Part shown: piece by piece, positions 63,197-64,000 of the stretch
Numbering within the stretch: the first letter of the stretch is position 1
Layout of the letters: every line of letters starts with the position of its first letter
Notes under the pieces: generated by a model
The model's input: the letters and a program-made list of their open reading frames with translations, nothing else
Told to the model about the DNA's origin: nothing
Databases searched by the model: none
Position numbers and translations under genes: made by a program
From: Yuukianura sp. NJ FZ-2021
Lineage: Eukaryota
DNA: 64,000 nt
Direction of reading: 5' to 3'
NCBI GenBank assembly: GCA_046563655.1
Contig: CM102288.1
Span: forward strand, 3,162,001 to 3,226,000

Positions 63197-63886
63197 ATGA
63201 GCAACATCACGGAACTCGAATTTATCCAGCTCCTGCACCAGGCACGCAGTCGCCTCGGAGTGCCAAATCGTGAGTTACAAAATTTTAAAAATTGAAACAA
63301 TTTGGAAAAAGTGGAAAATTGTAATTTTTTTTTATTACAGCAGTTGGAGGCGGTGACATGACGGAAGATGACGACCAAGACCAAGGGCTTGTGATGAAGC
63401 TTGACTCAAGAGTTCCCGCGCCCGCAAACATTTGTAGTCAGTCACAAGGGGCCATTGACCTCGCCTTGACCTCTGCCTTCATCCTCACTTCCGTTCCAGA
63501 CCTGTTGCTCAAAAAGTTAAACCTGGTAGGCCTCACTTTAAAATGTTCAATCCAACATTTTCAACAAGAAACGTAGAATTTTCAAAAAAATTTGTAACAT
63601 TTGACCTTTGGCTTTCTAGGTGTCAGAATTAGTCCAGAAGAACTCCGCCCGTCTCCTTCCGTTACTTCTGTACGCAAGTCTGTTGTTCCTCGGATGTCAA
63701 GCCGTCGCTGTCGTCGTTCTGCTCACGTCTGCCATTTTGTCTGCCGGACTTTTGTTCCTTCTGACCTGCGCATTAGTCCTAGGCACCCTCTTCATCCATA
63801 CTTGTCAACTTGGTCTGGACCAGCAACCGTCTCCACCACCGTCACCGTCCCACTCCTCAACCTCACTCTCCAACTACATGATGTAA
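63197..63886 (+). CDS. Small membrane protein with one very long hydrophobic segment, 3 coding exons
   Basis: MSNITELEFIQLLHQARSRLGVPN|PVGGGDMTEDDDQDQG...LLKKLNL|VSELVQKNSARLLPLLLYASLLFLGCQAVAVVVLLTSAILSAGLLFLLTCALVLGTLFIHTC...YMM*. The GT-AG introns keep frame. Confidence 0.72.
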
Positions 63887-64000
63887 AGGTCACCAGAGGT
63901 CATTCACCACACACAATCCAATTAAAGTCGTTGTATCTTAAGTTACCTTGCTGGGACAAATTTACTTTGGGAATCTAGTAGTTAGAATTACACTGGATGC

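Overview
Eukaryotic, intron-rich, AT-rich animal genomic DNA, probably from an arthropod; the compact 55-90 bp introns and gene content would fit a springtail-like hexapod, but that is inference only. No prokaryotic features, CRISPR arrays, rRNA or tRNA were seen. About twelve spliced protein-coding genes can be rebuilt by eye: two secreted proteins of unknown function, a GH35 beta-galactosidase, a 4-TM protein, a PI-PLC X-domain protein, SF3B1, an N-terminally short LEO1 with an intronless CDS, prohibitin-2, KLHL17/actinfilin, yurt/EPB41L5, a large disordered SxIP/KEN-box protein and a small hydrophobic-hairpin protein. The most interesting features are non-coding. (1) The 1-kb SF3B1 intron at the position of vertebrate intron 4 holds at least five cryptic or poison exons, some with splice signals locked in hairpins, and is a candidate autoregulatory decoy-exon system. 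(2) A U85-type composite C/D-H/ACA scaRNA lies in the last PHB2 intron and carries two U5 snRNA antisense elements. (3) A Mutator-like MITE duplicated a 3' splice site as its target-site duplication. (4) A duplicated ~255-bp self-complementary element lies upstream of KLHL17. (5) Two tandem Helentron/DINE-1-like elements are present. All exon coordinates were read by hand and may be off by a few bases.
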